Assembly (NCBI RefSeq): GCF_964213995.1
Contig: NC_135820.1
Location: 62,682,001-62,746,000 of the forward strand
From: Mustelus asterias
Taxonomy: Eukaryota
Length of the DNA: 64,000 nucleotides
Reading direction: 5' to 3'
Shown: piece after piece, positions 63,036-64,000 of the stretch
Position numbering within the stretch: position 1 is the stretch's first letter
Layout: each line of letters begins with the position of its first letter
Translations under genes and position numbers: made by a program
The notes under the pieces: generated by a model
Told to the model about the DNA's origin: nothing
Databases searched by the model: none
The model's input: the letters and a program-made list of their open reading frames with translations, nothing else

Positions 63036-64000
63036 TAAGTGTTCTCATTAAAAGATTTGGAATGCTATCACAACTGTGCCGAAAGTTATAGGTAAGCTGC
63101 CTTTTGAAATGCTGTGAAATTGAATCAATTAAAGTAATATCAAATTAAAATGGCAACATAAGAAGAAGAAAGATTTCAGTTTTAGTACCTGTGGTACAAT
63201 TTAATATAAACAGATACATCATTATATATGGCTTCACATAGCACATAATGAAGATAGAAAGCAAATTGGAAGGAAGACAGGATTTCATCTCTGCAGGTTC
63301 CCAGCTAAGAGAAAAGTGAGATGAATGAGGGCTTGAAATCCCTTTGATTTTGAAGGTGACCTATTATGTTGGTGAAACTCTACAAGCTGCTGTATGCAGC
63401 ATGCTGAAATATACTGGAGAATCTTTAACTGTCAGCAGCAATGAAAATACTCGGCTAAACTTTACTGTCAAAATAGACTGCTGGCACCCACCATTATATA
63501 TGCGCTAATGGTATAGCAACTTGAAGCCAGGCACAGGCACCAGCATCGTTGCTGTCAGAGTTACCCATTCCACTCTTTGCCTCACCGTTAACAGCCATTG
63601 AATGTCACAAATTTGCTGTCTTTGGCTGAAGGTGTGAATTAAACTTGCCACAGAAAGTTAAGTCTTGCCATTAGATGCTAAAGTACACATTTAATGACAA
63701 GAGTGTGGAATTTTGCAGCCCTGAGTGAGTGAGCTGGCAGTCACAGGGGCTGTGCAATCAGCCATACCCATCACGGGCTGGCATCGGGCCACCGGTCCAG
63801 TTTGAGGCCCTTAAGTTGCTGCATTATAGTGGAAAATACAAACTTTGCTTTCCGTCATACTGGTTCAAAGAATGTCACAAAAGGTGTGAAGGGGCTCTTT
63901 CCGCTCCTGCTGGTATTTTTACCAACAACAAAAGATGTCCATGGGACATAATGAGGCCTCCAGGTAAGATCTGGCTGCCATTTTCTGGATTGCAGGGTGG

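Overview
Eukaryotic, repeat-dominated intergenic or intronic DNA, very likely from a shark (elasmobranch). The evidence is HE1-type V-SINEs with CR1-type tails, SacSINE1-like DeuSINEs, and CR1, L2, Rex1/Babar, RTE and Penelope-like relics, plus many PIF/Harbinger-type MITEs. I find no supportable intact host protein-coding gene; nearly all listed ORFs are translations of repeats. There are two assembly gaps. The standout is a ~1.6 kb non-autonomous TIR element (31965-33555) whose centre is a long fold-back carrying an intronless RPL39 (60S ribosomal protein L39) retrocopy on both arms. A sister element without this cargo lies at 47990-48839. Also notable: one V-SINE head with two alternative LINE-like tails, a decayed hammerhead-ribozyme core in a Penelope-like repeat, a Harbinger Myb/SANT gene relic and a ~440 bp unexplained palindrome. 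Family names are from motif recognition only, and old-repeat boundaries are approximate.
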